In this document: positions 10,201 to 20,140 of the stretch, piece after piece
How positions within the stretch are numbered: position 1 is the stretch's first letter
Layout: every line of letters begins with the position of its first letter
From: a virus
IMG/VR virus record: IMGVR_UViG_3300023179_000035
Coordinates: 52,395-116,394 of that record
DNA length: 64,000 bases
Reading direction: 5' to 3' (one strand)
The notes under the pieces: model-generated
What the model saw: the letters and a program-made list of their open reading frames with translations, nothing else
Told to the model about the DNA's origin: nothing
Databases searched by the model: none
Translations under genes and position numbers: made by a program

Positions 10201-11431
10201 GGCAAAAAAAGCTCAAGAAGCGGCAGCTGAAAAATCGCAGAGAGACATGGCTCTGTCATCCCTCGGTGCAGTTACGCCAGAAAATGTCCAAGAGAGGATA
10301 AAGTCCTTCAAGGACATGGCTGCAAAATTAACCGTTGACGAGATAAAAGGCATCAACGCTACGATGAAGTCTATCCGCGATGCGATGGACCAGATCGACT
10401 GGCGTGTAATGGGACCTGACGCTGAGAAAAATTTTAAGGACAAGGTCCTGCAGGTCAAGATATTCCAAGACCTCATAACTTCCGTCACTACGTCTATTAA
10501 TGCAGTTATTCAGGCCAACCAGACAGTCGCTGGGTTCAAGCCAGCCTGGACGACGTTCAGCAAGGCGATGGGCGACGTCTTCATGACCATAAATTCATAC
10601 TTTGATGCTGGGCAGGGCCCGACCCTTGGCTCCGCATTGACCCTCACTGACTCCACGAAGGCTAGCCTAAAGAGCGCGGCGGATAGCGCCGACGCCGCCG
10701 GCCAATCTTTCACTAGCATGAAAGGCGGCGTGTCGAGCATGGTGGCGGCTGTAGGCCAGATCACAGCGACAATACCAACAGGAGTCGGCACGGCGCAGGC
10801 CATCGCCCAGTCAGCTGGCTCCCTTTACAATATCTTCAACGCGATATACGCTGGTTACAGCGTCGACTCTCCGATAGGCAGGCTCCTGTCCTCCTCGCCG
10901 GTGGCGACGTCTTTTACTACCATGGACCAGGCGAAGTCTAGCATCGACGCCGCGACCCAGAAGGTGCAGACTACAATGGGCGCCGCCAAGGAGCTCTTCA
11001 AGGCGTCTAACGAGTTCAACACAGAGCTAGGCAAACTAAAGGGCCAGAACTTCAACGTCAAGGCCTCCCTCGACTCCTTGGGCAACCGCCTCGGCTTCGG
11101 AGACCAGGTGACGCTCCGCAACGACAAGGTGGTCATCAACCTGGAGGTGTCGGTCGACATGAAGGCTGACACCCTGGAGAGGATACTGGTCCTGCGCAAG
11201 GACTCTATCATTAGGGACAGGCTGGACTGGTCCGTTAGGGCGTTGAAGATTAATTTAGACAACAAGTCAGATGGGACAAGTTATGCAACCAACGCAGCGG
11301 TCTCCAACCCTGAGACTGCAAAATACGAAACGCAGCAACTGACTTACCCCACCCTGCTTGATGAGTTGCCGCATGACCCAGGCGGACACGTTAAGAGAGC
11401 TGTGACAGACAGCACGCACCAAGCTAAGTAA
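7253..11431 (+). CDS. Tape measure protein
   Basis: 1392 aa, Ala/Gly/Lys-rich and helical with central hydrophobic segments. Follows the chaperone pair and precedes baseplate genes. Confidence 0.7.
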   Translation: MAKRKGGKGGGEPYDFSAQATAMAAMAASMENINEKLTSTIEGQLKVLEQLQKTLASLAEAGEGPVADAAANTSKAAEGAQQVNESLEDIIKNMDEAGGSAASLAQAIAKAYGRPEPQKFKTLQGQLAKGAKKFIDQYKNTSSVLLFFQGLSQGVQNAMNVLKGATSIATSLASSLFNIGFAIASIPFQMFQKLMDFAAKATGGTEFAQARENVRKYFGDLRTGTSAMVLDVGTKMQGFAKNTGLSLYSVFGDAAEMLNYVNEMAQGIGAALPSMLKSFGKKQQGTLFAFAKGLGLGAEEMRSIGLYALASGKDAKHVFQDMTKMALQLEKAYGDNAKVLGRDVGKAIKDVGVFGNATVETLFKGATYARGLGVELDHIKGTLGAFGTFEQAADNVSMLTQAFGANIDTMELLQAGAGGDAAKQVDILRKSLFSAGVSADTMNNYNLKLLASSTGLSEEVARTVFSMNNQGRSLQDIQKQADAAKKKEEAYQETLRRLAPSIERVVRQFEMVGSFFEMFFKGMARALVMFGPFRDVVFDIRKALMHTFQIGFQFGMKFFGILENTFGLFTAMHNFFKQGGIEKFFNTFSGILERFTRSLATGQGDVKGLLDDFSRLITDFFSGNNPAFAGIAASFQKIMAVVGATIGAGIRALSPMVINALDFLINLIIDPKRADAQINQATGIMGPFVMPIYTALRENLPKIASKMGDLLWELLGLARAELWKGRDFMLLGMSFGTALASYALIPGIIKFGLGRLFQSSATSAITQAIYQAAAAAEAGKAGELAASQLSQGWISYLGNPVSTAMFKTSFTSFLGAAGLLAASFTAGWALGKMIADSVGQGMRDNAKQSADSADKFTKDILAEQDKKKKIEIAKKELEEQQALRQKAKEDAEKLSWAETGMVAGVGALGFVGGSIVAPGAGSVAGAVGLSAAAGVAFKAAKMKEFDANAAAFDLRIMSAQSIIDAYENPSSPAYKARENAEAQAKKAQEAAAEKSQRDMALSSLGAVTPENVQERIKSFKDMAAKLTVDEIKGINATMKSIRDAMDQIDWRVMGPDAEKNFKDKVLQVKIFQDLITSVTTSINAVIQANQTVAGFKPAWTTFSKAMGDVFMTINSYFDAGQGPTLGSALTLTDSTKASLKSAADSADAAGQSFTSMKGGVSSMVAAVGQITATIPTGVGTAQAIAQSAGSLYNIFNAIYAGYSVDSPIGRLLSSSPVATSFTTMDQAKSSIDAATQKVQTTMGAAKELFKASNEFNTELGKLKGQNFNVKASLDSLGNRLGFGDQVTLRNDKVVINLEVSVDMKADTLERILVLRKDSIIRDRLDWSVRALKINLDNKSDGTSYATNAAVSNPETAKYETQQLTYPTLLDELPHDPGGHVKRAVTDSTHQAK

Positions 11432-11448
11432 CCCTAGCAGGTCATGAC

Positions 11449-11676
11449 ATGAAATCACAAAAGTTTATAGACATGCTGAGGTCCGACCCCAGCTATGCGG
11501 CCGCCCTGGCGGCCGCCCCAGACGAAGAGACCCGTCGCAAGGTGGCCGCCGCCGCTGAGTCACTAGCCCTAAAACTAGGAGAGGTCCTCGACCCGTTCAT
11601 GGAGACAGCCAGGGGCAACCCTGACTTCGCTCGGGCTGTCTCCAGCGTGATCGCCAAGGGCGGAGGGCAGAAATAG
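11449..11676 (+). CDS. Hypothetical protein
   Basis: 75-aa ORF filling the gap between the tape-measure gene and the next gene. Confidence 0.5.
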   Translation: MKSQKFIDMLRSDPSYAAALAAAPDEETRRKVAAAAESLALKLGEVLDPFMETARGNPDFARAVSSVIAKGGGQK

Positions 11677-11728
11677 CCTCCGCTGCTGTAGTTAAAACAC
11701 AGCGGCAGGGCCGCGATAGGAGACAGCA

Positions 11729-14710
11729 GTGGCCAATCCGCCGAAAGACAGCGTAATTAGCACGCCTGGGCATGGCATAGGAGTTGAGACGGGCGACGGT
11801 GGGTTCGACGTAGGCGATGGAGTAACGCGGACGTATGAGCCGAGAGATCCCGCGGCCGAGCCCACGACGAAGCCACGCGACAGGGTCATAGACGTAAGCT
11901 TCACCACCAACGGCGTGCCCAACGACCTGCCCAAGAAGACGATAGAGACTCTGGGCAGCTACCTGGTGAAGTTGACCGCCAAGAACAAGTACCCAGTCTC
12001 GCCCATTGACCAGACGACTTCTTACGCTGACGTCAACGCTGACTCTCCCAGGGTCCACGCGGGGTACGCGTTCGTCCAAGAGACGACGAACGTCCCCAGC
12101 ATGGAGTCCCAGACAGGCACCGGAAAAAAATTTGCGAATGACAGTAGGCAGTTCCTCAGGCCGCAGCCCTACCTCATCAGGCCGCAGCCCAACACAGAGG
12201 TCGGTGAGCCTAATTTTAGGGACGCCTCTAGCGAGCCAGAGGGCAACTACGTCACCGAGGCTATCGCGAAGTCAGGACGCTGGAGCAGCGTCAATAGCTT
12301 CTCTTCTAACTTTATGGCAGGCGCGCCGTCAGACCCACAGTCTTCCCTCATTGTCGACAGAGAGCTGGGCGATAACGTCTTCGGCAAGAAGCTAAAGAGG
12401 CAGGCTCTTACGTCTAGGTTCGTGGCGCTTGGGGCGGGTCTAACACAAGTCGCCACAGGTGAGCTGGCGGCCCAGCTACCTCTCTTCGACCCGAACGATC
12501 CTAACACAATCTTTGCTAACAAGACAGTGCCGGGTCTCGAGCAGCTGACTGCAGCAAACTCTATAAAGACTGCTGTCCTCCAGGCCCAGGCAGTCTTTGA
12601 TAAGGCCGATAGGCTGCCGTCTGACCCTACGTACCTCAGCATCAACGACGTCACGTGGGGGCAGCTCAACAATGTTGACGATAACTTCACAGGGCAGGGC
12701 ATGTGGTTGCTCGCGTTGGCCCAGTTTGCAGTCGTCAAACTGGCTGTGGCGGCCGTGGGCGCCGTACTCGGTCTCATCACAAAGTCTGCAGACGCAGCAA
12801 GCTTCTTAGGCCTTACTCAGACAGACCGGGTGTCATACAGCGACGCCGTGGACTATGGCTTCAACATATTTTTCGCAGGGTATGAAAATCCGACAGTCGA
12901 CAAGGCAATCGCGTCTTTCTTGGCGCCATTCAAGAACGACAACGGCTTTCGAGTCGTGCATTTTCGTGTGTTGATTCGGTCGGCCATACTGCTCGTTGAG
13001 AAGCTATCAGCCTTGATAGGCGGCGGCCTCGGCCTCGTGACGAACATCTTTGAGATTGTGTCTGCCATCAAGACTTCGCACCTCTTCGCGACCCTTAACG
13101 CGTTTGCTAAGATCGGTGATCTATATGCTTACTTACAAGTTATTGGAGATATAAGTCTTAAGGACGACAGGGGGTTTATTATTCCAGGAGATGAAAGTTC
13201 AGTTACACCAGCTGATAGTGTCAAGCTGAGAGCGGACGCACTGCTCTCAGTAGCTGGTTTGACTGGTCATTCTAAAAAAATTACAAGATACAAGCTAGGC
13301 AGCTTTGAAGAGGCCGCCCCAGACGACGTTAAAGATAATCGCGAAAGCGAGATGTCAGTGCGTAGAAAAGTTTCGATTCTCATGCCTGTTGTAAAATTAG
13401 GAGATTTAAAATTAGGCGTTAATGTTCCGCCTACGTCAGCTTTTGATGCCTCCCCAGACAGTGTCGATGAGAACTTCAGGGTAAAGACCGGTGTGGTCAG
13501 CACATTAGAAAGTTTCCTAGAGTCTGAGTATTTCCCGTTCTACTTCCACGATCTTAGGACCAACGAGATAGTCTCTTTCCACGCTTTCCTGGCTTCGCTA
13601 ACCGACAGCTACACTGCGTCGTATGATTCAGTCGAAGGAATGGGACGTGTGGAGCCAGTGAAGCACTACAAGGGGACCACGCGTAAGTTTGGGTTTTCAT
13701 TCTACGTCGTGGCGACTAACGAGGACCAAGTGTCGCCGATGTATGACAAGATCAACAAGTTGACGACCTTGTTATACCCGCAGTACACGAGCGGGAAGGT
13801 CGTCTTCCAGAACCAGAAGAGGTTCGTCCAGCCCTTCAGCCAGTTGATCGGAGCGTCTCCGCTTGTCAGGATAAGACTAGGCGATATAGCGCGCTCCAAC
13901 TATTCTAAGTTTGCCTTAGCTAGGCTTTTTGGAGCCGGGACAGGCTCTGACAAGTTTAATATAGATGGCAACACCGAAATCAAGCCAGTGCCGCCAGAGA
14001 ATTTAGTATACTACTACGAACCTCAGAACTCCGGTCAGCCGGTGGCTGTTTCTACTCAAGATGGTGGTGGTCCAATTGACTACATCTCGCCTACCGGGTG
14101 GTCTATAACAATAACTGGCGGTACGACAGGCGTTGTAATTAATTCTGCTAATGGTCTGGAGTATGTGGAGTATGTCACTGGCAAGTTAAAAATGAAAGAG
14201 GGCTTCAGGGAAGGGCCCTTAGCTAAATTTAAGGGGCGTAATCCTGGTAAGTTCAGGACGGCAACTGTTAAAAAATTTGATGGCGAGACAGTCTTTATAA
14301 AAAAAAGTTACCTCACTCAGACAGTGACAGTCATCAACGCTAAGGACGTAAGCGAGGTAAAGTCATACAACACCACGGCTGACATTAGTAATTCTTTAAG
14401 CATTTCCAACATGCTCGACCCGACCACGTCTGCTATCGTTCGTCACTTTGAGCACAACAGTGGCAAGGGCCTCGCGGGGCATATAGACCAAATGGACTTC
14501 GACTGGTACTCAAATACGAGATGGAACACAGGTGACCAGGGCAGGTCGAACGGTTTCGTCCCAATGATGTGCAAGGTCACGGTGAACTTCTCCCCCGTTC
14601 ACGACATTTCTCCTGGCCTCGACAGCCAAGGCTACAACCGCGCTCCAATCTACCCGCGCCCGCCAACGCCAGCCCCTAGGTCAGGTATAATTCGTGATGT
14701 TCCATTCTAA
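11729..14710 (+). CDS. Baseplate / tail-tube initiator-like structural protein
   Basis: C-terminal half has FHAFLASLTDSY...GRVEPVKHYKGTTRKFGFSF, resembling tube-fold baseplate proteins of contractile tails. AGGAG SD. Confidence 0.5.
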   Translation: MANPPKDSVISTPGHGIGVETGDGGFDVGDGVTRTYEPRDPAAEPTTKPRDRVIDVSFTTNGVPNDLPKKTIETLGSYLVKLTAKNKYPVSPIDQTTSYADVNADSPRVHAGYAFVQETTNVPSMESQTGTGKKFANDSRQFLRPQPYLIRPQPNTEVGEPNFRDASSEPEGNYVTEAIAKSGRWSSVNSFSSNFMAGAPSDPQSSLIVDRELGDNVFGKKLKRQALTSRFVALGAGLTQVATGELAAQLPLFDPNDPNTIFANKTVPGLEQLTAANSIKTAVLQAQAVFDKADRLPSDPTYLSINDVTWGQLNNVDDNFTGQGMWLLALAQFAVVKLAVAAVGAVLGLITKSADAASFLGLTQTDRVSYSDAVDYGFNIFFAGYENPTVDKAIASFLAPFKNDNGFRVVHFRVLIRSAILLVEKLSALIGGGLGLVTNIFEIVSAIKTSHLFATLNAFAKIGDLYAYLQVIGDISLKDDRGFIIPGDESSVTPADSVKLRADALLSVAGLTGHSKKITRYKLGSFEEAAPDDVKDNRESEMSVRRKVSILMPVVKLGDLKLGVNVPPTSAFDASPDSVDENFRVKTGVVSTLESFLESEYFPFYFHDLRTNEIVSFHAFLASLTDSYTASYDSVEGMGRVEPVKHYKGTTRKFGFSFYVVATNEDQVSPMYDKINKLTTLLYPQYTSGKVVFQNQKRFVQPFSQLIGASPLVRIRLGDIARSNYSKFALARLFGAGTGSDKFNIDGNTEIKPVPPENLVYYYEPQNSGQPVAVSTQDGGGPIDYISPTGWSITITGGTTGVVINSANGLEYVEYVTGKLKMKEGFREGPLAKFKGRNPGKFRTATVKKFDGETVFIKKSYLTQTVTVINAKDVSEVKSYNTTADISNSLSISNMLDPTTSAIVRHFEHNSGKGLAGHIDQMDFDWYSNTRWNTGDQGRSNGFVPMMCKVTVNFSPVHDISPGLDSQGYNRAPIYPRPPTPAPRSGIIRDVPF

Positions 14711-14736
14711 GTTATCACGGCAAGGGAGGTGAGGAT

Positions 14737-15030
14737 ATGGCAAACTCAAGGTACTCAAACACGAGGACAATCTTTCCTGGCAACTACTACGGGACGTCTT
14801 CCACAGTCGCCAGTATCAGGGCCGCTCTGGAGCAGGGGACGCTGTCTTTCAGGACTCGTTATACGACAGGCAACGAGAGGCTTGATACCATAGCCGCCCA
14901 GGAGTATGGAGACGGTAGGTATTGGTGGGTCGTGGCAGCCGCCTCCGACATTGGGTGGGGCATGCAGGTACCCCCAGGAGTCTACCTACGGCTGCCCAAC
15001 ATAAACGAAGTCATGGTCTACCTGGGCTGA
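14737..15030 (+). CDS. LysM-like baseplate wedge protein (gp53/P2 gpX-like)
   Basis: ERLDTIAAQEYGDGRYWWVVAAAS...VPPGVYLRLP. GGAGG SD. Confidence 0.75.
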   Translation: MANSRYSNTRTIFPGNYYGTSSTVASIRAALEQGTLSFRTRYTTGNERLDTIAAQEYGDGRYWWVVAAASDIGWGMQVPPGVYLRLPNINEVMVYLG

Positions 15031-15033
15031 GTC

Positions 15034-17916
15034 ATGGCAGCAGGCGGATTTTTTAACAGCCTAGAGGCAGTGTTAGGTGGCCTTACAGCCACAGACAGCC
15101 TCGCTGCGCGCATACAGGCAGATGACAGCACTCCCGAGTCTTTTCTGCTTAACAACGTGATGTTCCCGCGGTCGCCGACCCTGCTGTCGACGGACTACAT
15201 CATGAGTGAGACGGAAGGGTCCGGTAGGTTCCCTACCGGCAACTCTGTCGTCAGAATACTGGAGCCGAAAGAGGCCAAGAAGTTTATATGCTCAAAAACG
15301 CAAATCGGTCCTTCAGAGCGGGTCATGGCGATGGACATCCTGACACCCAAGGCTAGCTACACGGGCTTCAACGCCAACAGGGTGTCGCTGTTCATCAACT
15401 CCCTGCCGCCAATCGTCGCCAACAACCTCGTTCCATACGTGGAGGTCGAGTTTGAGATGCCTGCGAAACAATCTGGGAACAGCTTCAAGCCGTTCGGCCT
15501 GAACAGATTTTTCTTAGGTGATTCTGACCCAACTGGCTTTGACTTAGGCCACCAGGCTGCCCGACTAGGAGTGTCGAAGACTCCGAAGGGGGATACTATC
15601 TACACAGCTTACGCTGGGATGGAGTTATTTACATCCCCGTCCACACTATACTCAAAGCCTGAGAGCAACGGCTACAAGATCAAGCCGATCCTCAACCCAT
15701 ACGCTCCCCTGGCGGTCATCAACTCCTTTGAGGTGTCAGTGGCGTCTTCCGGCCAGGGGCAGGGTTTCAACCAGCTGTCCAAAGGGACGCTGACGATGAC
15801 GATATTGGACAGGAGCCGGCTCAGGGAGTTTGGTGAGCTCTTCCAGATAAGTCAGTACGGCAAGGCTACAGTCTGGATCACTTATGGCTGGAGGTGCAAG
15901 GTGCTGTCAGCCGGCGACCCATTCGCTGAATTCATCAACAGCTGCATGCTTAACAGGCAGTCTTTCACCATAACACAGCCTGGCTATTCATTTGAGAATA
16001 ACATGGTCAAGGTCTCCATGACGCTGGGCTCCAAGACTTTTGATGAGCTAAACGGCATGACCCTGGCGGACGCCTATCTTGGGACGGGGTTCAAGTCCAA
16101 CTACGGCGTTAGTGAGACTTGGAAGAAAATAAGGGTGCCTGGCAGCAAGCAGACATACGAAGGGATGATAGTGCTCCTCAACGAGCTAAAGGAAAAGCTA
16201 AGCGCAAACGTGTCTGACGTAGACGCCCTAGGCGCTGGTAGTTTAATACCTGCTATGAACACCACACCGCAACCTGAGGCGGCTGATCCAACCATAAAGG
16301 AAAAAATAAAGAACCTAGCTGACGCTCTCAAAAAGGCGGCAGACAAGAAGTACAATCAAAAACCCGGCGCAAACGCGAAAGTTAAAAAGGCCAGCGGCCA
16401 AGACAAAAAAGCGTTGCAGGACGCCAATAAAAGCATAGACGAGCTAGCCAAGTCGCTAAGCGAGTACTATAGGGTCAATAGCAGTAAGGACTCCAAGAAG
16501 AACGGCAAGTACGTGCAGTACCTTGAGAACCTAGACAGGTCGACTGACGCTGCCAAGAAGCTGCTGGAAGATATTAGCAACGTAGAGTATGACCCTTACA
16601 ACTCTAAGTGGCGTGACCGAGCCGCCCAGCAGAACTGGAACCCTAACTCTAAGCACAAGAGCCTACCGTCAGAGAGGTCAAAAGGTGGTAACACACCGAA
16701 GCAGGGGGCGGCCCGACTGAACCCGACCTACATTTCCCTTGGGGTAATCCTGCTGAAGGTGCTGGGCACCGCTGCCCTGGCCCAGGACAGGATAGGGGAC
16801 GTGCAGTTCGTCTTCTACAAGATGAATAGCCACACCGCCGGGGCCAGTGACCTGCTGCTGTCAGAGTTTCCAATTGACATGGAACGCCTGCGGGGTGAGT
16901 ACGCTCGTGAGGTGGCCAAGAACGGCGGTGTTCCACTGTCTATGGGCGTCTTTCTCAGCCTGCTGACCTCTCAGGTCAACGATGTGCGGTCAGAGATCTA
17001 TGGCCTCAAGAAGTACTTTAAGCCAATCGCCAAGGACGGACCCCCTGACCAAGCTGTCACAAAAGACGAGTGGAAGGACAACCTGCCTCAAGAAGTGAAG
17101 TCTTTCGTGCAGCCGTACGTCGGTATAGACGTTCAAGTCGCAGAGCGCACATCAGCTCCAAGCAATAGCGGCGCTACCATCGACCTATTACAGTCGCTGT
17201 CTGTGTCTGCAAAGCTCAGAAAGCAGGCAGCGGGTGTCTACCCACTGGTCATGAGGATACACGTCTACGACAACAATCACGTAACAGTGTCCAACATCAA
17301 GACGCCGTCTCCACCATTTGGTAGCGAAGCCCCAGACGACGCGAAGCTAAGGGAACAAGCGGCTGACATGCTTGCTGCGAAGGTCGGGCCAGGCAGGATA
17401 TCGCTGGACAAGACGTCGAAGGGCGTCTACGAGTACACGTTCAAGGACGCGACTGCGTTTGATGACCTGATCTCGTCCTACATGCCCTCTATCATCATTG
17501 GTGCCAACGGATCGACCATCATAACAGCAGCCGTTAATACCAAGATGAACCAGCTGATGCAGACTGCCGCCCTTGTCGGAAACAGCCCAGGCATGTCTTC
17601 TACTGGAGCTCCCTCCATTGTCTCGCCTAGCGGCCTGCCGTATGTCATCATACCCGCTGAGGTCAACATCACGATGCTTGGGTGCCCGCTGGTTAGGTTT
17701 GGACAGACTTTTTACATAAACTTCAACACTTCCACCACCCTTGACGGTGACTACTACGTCGGCACCCTGAGCCACGGCTTCTCCCCAGGCAAGTACACTA
17801 CGACAATGAAGCTGGCACCCCGCTCTGGGGCCGCTTCTTTCGCGAGCGGGAAGAACATAGTCGACCAGCTCAAGAACATAGAGAAGTACCTCGGGCTGTC
17901 GACTCCGACCGGCTAA
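15034..17916 (+). CDS. Baseplate hub protein (gp27/late control D-like C-terminus)
   Basis: C-terminal ITMLGCPLVRFGQTFYINFxTxTTLDGDYYVGTLSHxFSPGKYTTTMKL. Follows the LysM gene. Confidence 0.55.
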   Translation: MAAGGFFNSLEAVLGGLTATDSLAARIQADDSTPESFLLNNVMFPRSPTLLSTDYIMSETEGSGRFPTGNSVVRILEPKEAKKFICSKTQIGPSERVMAMDILTPKASYTGFNANRVSLFINSLPPIVANNLVPYVEVEFEMPAKQSGNSFKPFGLNRFFLGDSDPTGFDLGHQAARLGVSKTPKGDTIYTAYAGMELFTSPSTLYSKPESNGYKIKPILNPYAPLAVINSFEVSVASSGQGQGFNQLSKGTLTMTILDRSRLREFGELFQISQYGKATVWITYGWRCKVLSAGDPFAEFINSCMLNRQSFTITQPGYSFENNMVKVSMTLGSKTFDELNGMTLADAYLGTGFKSNYGVSETWKKIRVPGSKQTYEGMIVLLNELKEKLSANVSDVDALGAGSLIPAMNTTPQPEAADPTIKEKIKNLADALKKAADKKYNQKPGANAKVKKASGQDKKALQDANKSIDELAKSLSEYYRVNSSKDSKKNGKYVQYLENLDRSTDAAKKLLEDISNVEYDPYNSKWRDRAAQQNWNPNSKHKSLPSERSKGGNTPKQGAARLNPTYISLGVILLKVLGTAALAQDRIGDVQFVFYKMNSHTAGASDLLLSEFPIDMERLRGEYAREVAKNGGVPLSMGVFLSLLTSQVNDVRSEIYGLKKYFKPIAKDGPPDQAVTKDEWKDNLPQEVKSFVQPYVGIDVQVAERTSAPSNSGATIDLLQSLSVSAKLRKQAAGVYPLVMRIHVYDNNHVTVSNIKTPSPPFGSEAPDDAKLREQAADMLAAKVGPGRISLDKTSKGVYEYTFKDATAFDDLISSYMPSIIIGANGSTIITAAVNTKMNQLMQTAALVGNSPGMSSTGAPSIVSPSGLPYVIIPAEVNITMLGCPLVRFGQTFYINFNTSTTLDGDYYVGTLSHGFSPGKYTTTMKLAPRSGAASFASGKNIVDQLKNIEKYLGLSTPTG

Positions 17917-17955
17917 TACAACAGGTCACCTAGGTGGGTAGTATGACGTGGGCCA

Positions 17956-19137
17956 ATGCGACCCTCTTACTTCTACCCACAGCTCCTCGGAGCTGACCAT
18001 GGGCTTGTCGTCGACAGCGACGGCTATAGGTGGTCGTCGCGTCGGCCGCCAGAGTGCTGGGCGGTCCGAGGTGAGACACGGCACGACGAGGACGCTAACA
18101 GCCTCGACGAGCTGGCCCGCCTAGAGTCCCGTAAGCTCCAGGCGCTGCCGCCGGACCAGTTCGTCTCGTCGCTCAGGACCATCAGTGGGGACCGCCCCAT
18201 GTGGCGCTACGCCCTGCCCCAGGCTGCCTATAGGTCTTTCGTCGACAGGCTGGTCAGCGACGCCACGTCCTTCCTGGAGTCGGCCGACACGGGCTACTAC
18301 TCTGGGTGCTGGCTGCCGCACCGCAGGGTCTTCTCTTCTATGGCCAGGATGGCCGCCCCTGACCCAGGGCTCTTCTCGGCGGAGACAGACTGGGACGCCT
18401 CCTCGTTTCGTCCTCGAGGCGGCTACTGCGACAGGCTGGTCTACGACAGGTTTGGAACCCGCACGGGCAGGCTGACAGTCGCCTCAGGACCGTCCGTCCT
18501 GACCCTCAGGAAGGACCTCAGAAAATTCCTGAGGTCTCGACGTGGGGATTCCGGCGTCCTGCTGCAGGTGGATTTTTCTGCCCTGGAGGTGAGGCTCCTG
18601 GCCGCCGACGTGTCCAAGCACGTGCCGGTCGGCGACCCGTACCAGGAGCTGGCAGACGAGCTGGGCATGGACAGGCGGTCGGCCAAGCTGGCCCTCATAT
18701 CCACGACCTACGGCTCTTCAGACAGGGGCCTCGCGTCCTCCCTGGGGGTGGACCTGGCCGCCGCCCGGCGCGTCATCGAAGCGATCCACCGCAGCCACGG
18801 GGTCGAGGCCCAGGTCAGTCGCCTCAGGGCAGAGCACAGCCGCCTCGGCTACGTTCGTAACAGGTACGGCCGCAGGGTGGAGACCCCAGACGCCTCTGAC
18901 GGTCTGCTCCTCAACTCTTACCTGCAGTCTACAGGGGTGGACGTGGCCCTGTGGGGCTTCTTGCAGGTCATCGACAGGATCCCAGAGGGCCACGGCGCTC
19001 CGGTGGCCCTCATCCACGACGCTATGGTGCTGGACGTGAGCCGCGACCTCGCCGACAGGATAGGGGCCGACCTGTCAGTGACGGTGCCGGGGTACGACGG
19101 AAAGTTCCCTCTTAAAGTCGAGCCTTTGAACGTCTGA
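17956..19137 (+). CDS. Short family A DNA polymerase-like protein (polymerase domain only)
   Basis: TRTGRL; motif A QVDFSALEVRLL; motif B RRSAKLALISTTYG; motif C IHDAMVLD. 393 aa, no recognisable exonuclease domain. Confidence 0.75.
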   Translation: MRPSYFYPQLLGADHGLVVDSDGYRWSSRRPPECWAVRGETRHDEDANSLDELARLESRKLQALPPDQFVSSLRTISGDRPMWRYALPQAAYRSFVDRLVSDATSFLESADTGYYSGCWLPHRRVFSSMARMAAPDPGLFSAETDWDASSFRPRGGYCDRLVYDRFGTRTGRLTVASGPSVLTLRKDLRKFLRSRRGDSGVLLQVDFSALEVRLLAADVSKHVPVGDPYQELADELGMDRRSAKLALISTTYGSSDRGLASSLGVDLAAARRVIEAIHRSHGVEAQVSRLRAEHSRLGYVRNRYGRRVETPDASDGLLLNSYLQSTGVDVALWGFLQVIDRIPEGHGAPVALIHDAMVLDVSRDLADRIGADLSVTVPGYDGKFPLKVEPLNV

Positions 19138-19163
19138 CGTCCGCGGGTGTATAGTCCACCTCC

Positions 19164-19781
19164 ATGGAAGACAAGAACCTGACACCGGAAGAGATCCAGT
19201 CAAACTGGAACAAGTACAGGGCTCTCCTGGAGAAGAACCTAGGAGATAGGTCAGCCGCCGCCTCGGCCATGCTGGACGCCCTAGAGGATAGGCTGGCTAT
19301 GTGCCCCGCCTCGGGCCGCAAGGACTTTCACAACGCTTTTCCGGGTGGCCTAGTGGAGCACTCTCTTCGGGTCCTCCGGAACGCCATGACGCTGTCCAGG
19401 TCATTTGGCTGGCAGCTGCCAAAAGACTCCCTCATCATCGGCGCCCTCTTCCATGACCTGGGCAAGGTCGGCAACCAGGACCAGGACTACTACGTCCCAC
19501 AGGACTCCGACTGGCACAGGGACAAGCTAGGCGAGGTCTACAAGCACAATAAGGACATCAGGTACATGACAGTCCCCCAGCGCGGGCTGTGGCTGTGCCA
19601 GCACTTTGGGCTGAGGCTGACACACGACGAGTACGCTTCGATCCTCCTCAATGACGGCTGGGTCCTTCAGGAGAACAAGCCGTACTGTCTCAAGGAGCCC
19701 CTGCTGGCCCACGTCATCATGACGGCCGACTACATCGCCACCTGTCAAGAGAAGGGGCTGATGCCGGACAGCAGCGGCTGA
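19164..19781 (+). CDS. HD-domain phosphohydrolase (YhaM-like)
   Basis: CPAS...HNAFPGGLVEHSLRV...LFHDLGK...AD. Confidence 0.8.
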   Translation: MEDKNLTPEEIQSNWNKYRALLEKNLGDRSAAASAMLDALEDRLAMCPASGRKDFHNAFPGGLVEHSLRVLRNAMTLSRSFGWQLPKDSLIIGALFHDLGKVGNQDQDYYVPQDSDWHRDKLGEVYKHNKDIRYMTVPQRGLWLCQHFGLRLTHDEYASILLNDGWVLQENKPYCLKEPLLAHVIMTADYIATCQEKGLMPDSSG

Positions 19782-19809
19782 TTCCTAAAGGAATTGCATA
19801 CTTAGGAGG

Positions 19810-20013
19810 GTGGACCCACTACGCCGATACATCTCTGAGTGCCTGCAGGACATCTTAGAGTCAGTCACCCTTGACGAGTTCTCTACCGTGGCAGCAGCCA
19901 CCCCGGCTGGAAGCGCTGGCTTCCAGCCTGTCCCCCCACTGGGGCTTGGTGTTGAAAAGCCACCGTCAAAGCGTAGGGCTCGGCGTCGTAAGAAGGGCCT
20001 CACCATCGGATGA
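19810..20013 (+). CDS. Small hypothetical protein with LRRYISE leader and basic tail
   Basis: 67-aa ORF with ATACTTA 5 nt upstream. Confidence 0.5.
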   Translation: MDPLRRYISECLQDILESVTLDEFSTVAAATPAGSAGFQPVPPLGLGVEKPPSKRRARRRKKGLTIG

Positions 20014-20140
20014 CGCTAGAAACACTTACCTTGTACAGCCTAAACATCTATTATACCTTCCACAAGTCCTGCGGCCTACTCCACAGGCGACAAACACACA
20101 CCTACACACAACCAACACCCAATAAGAAAAGAGAAAATAC

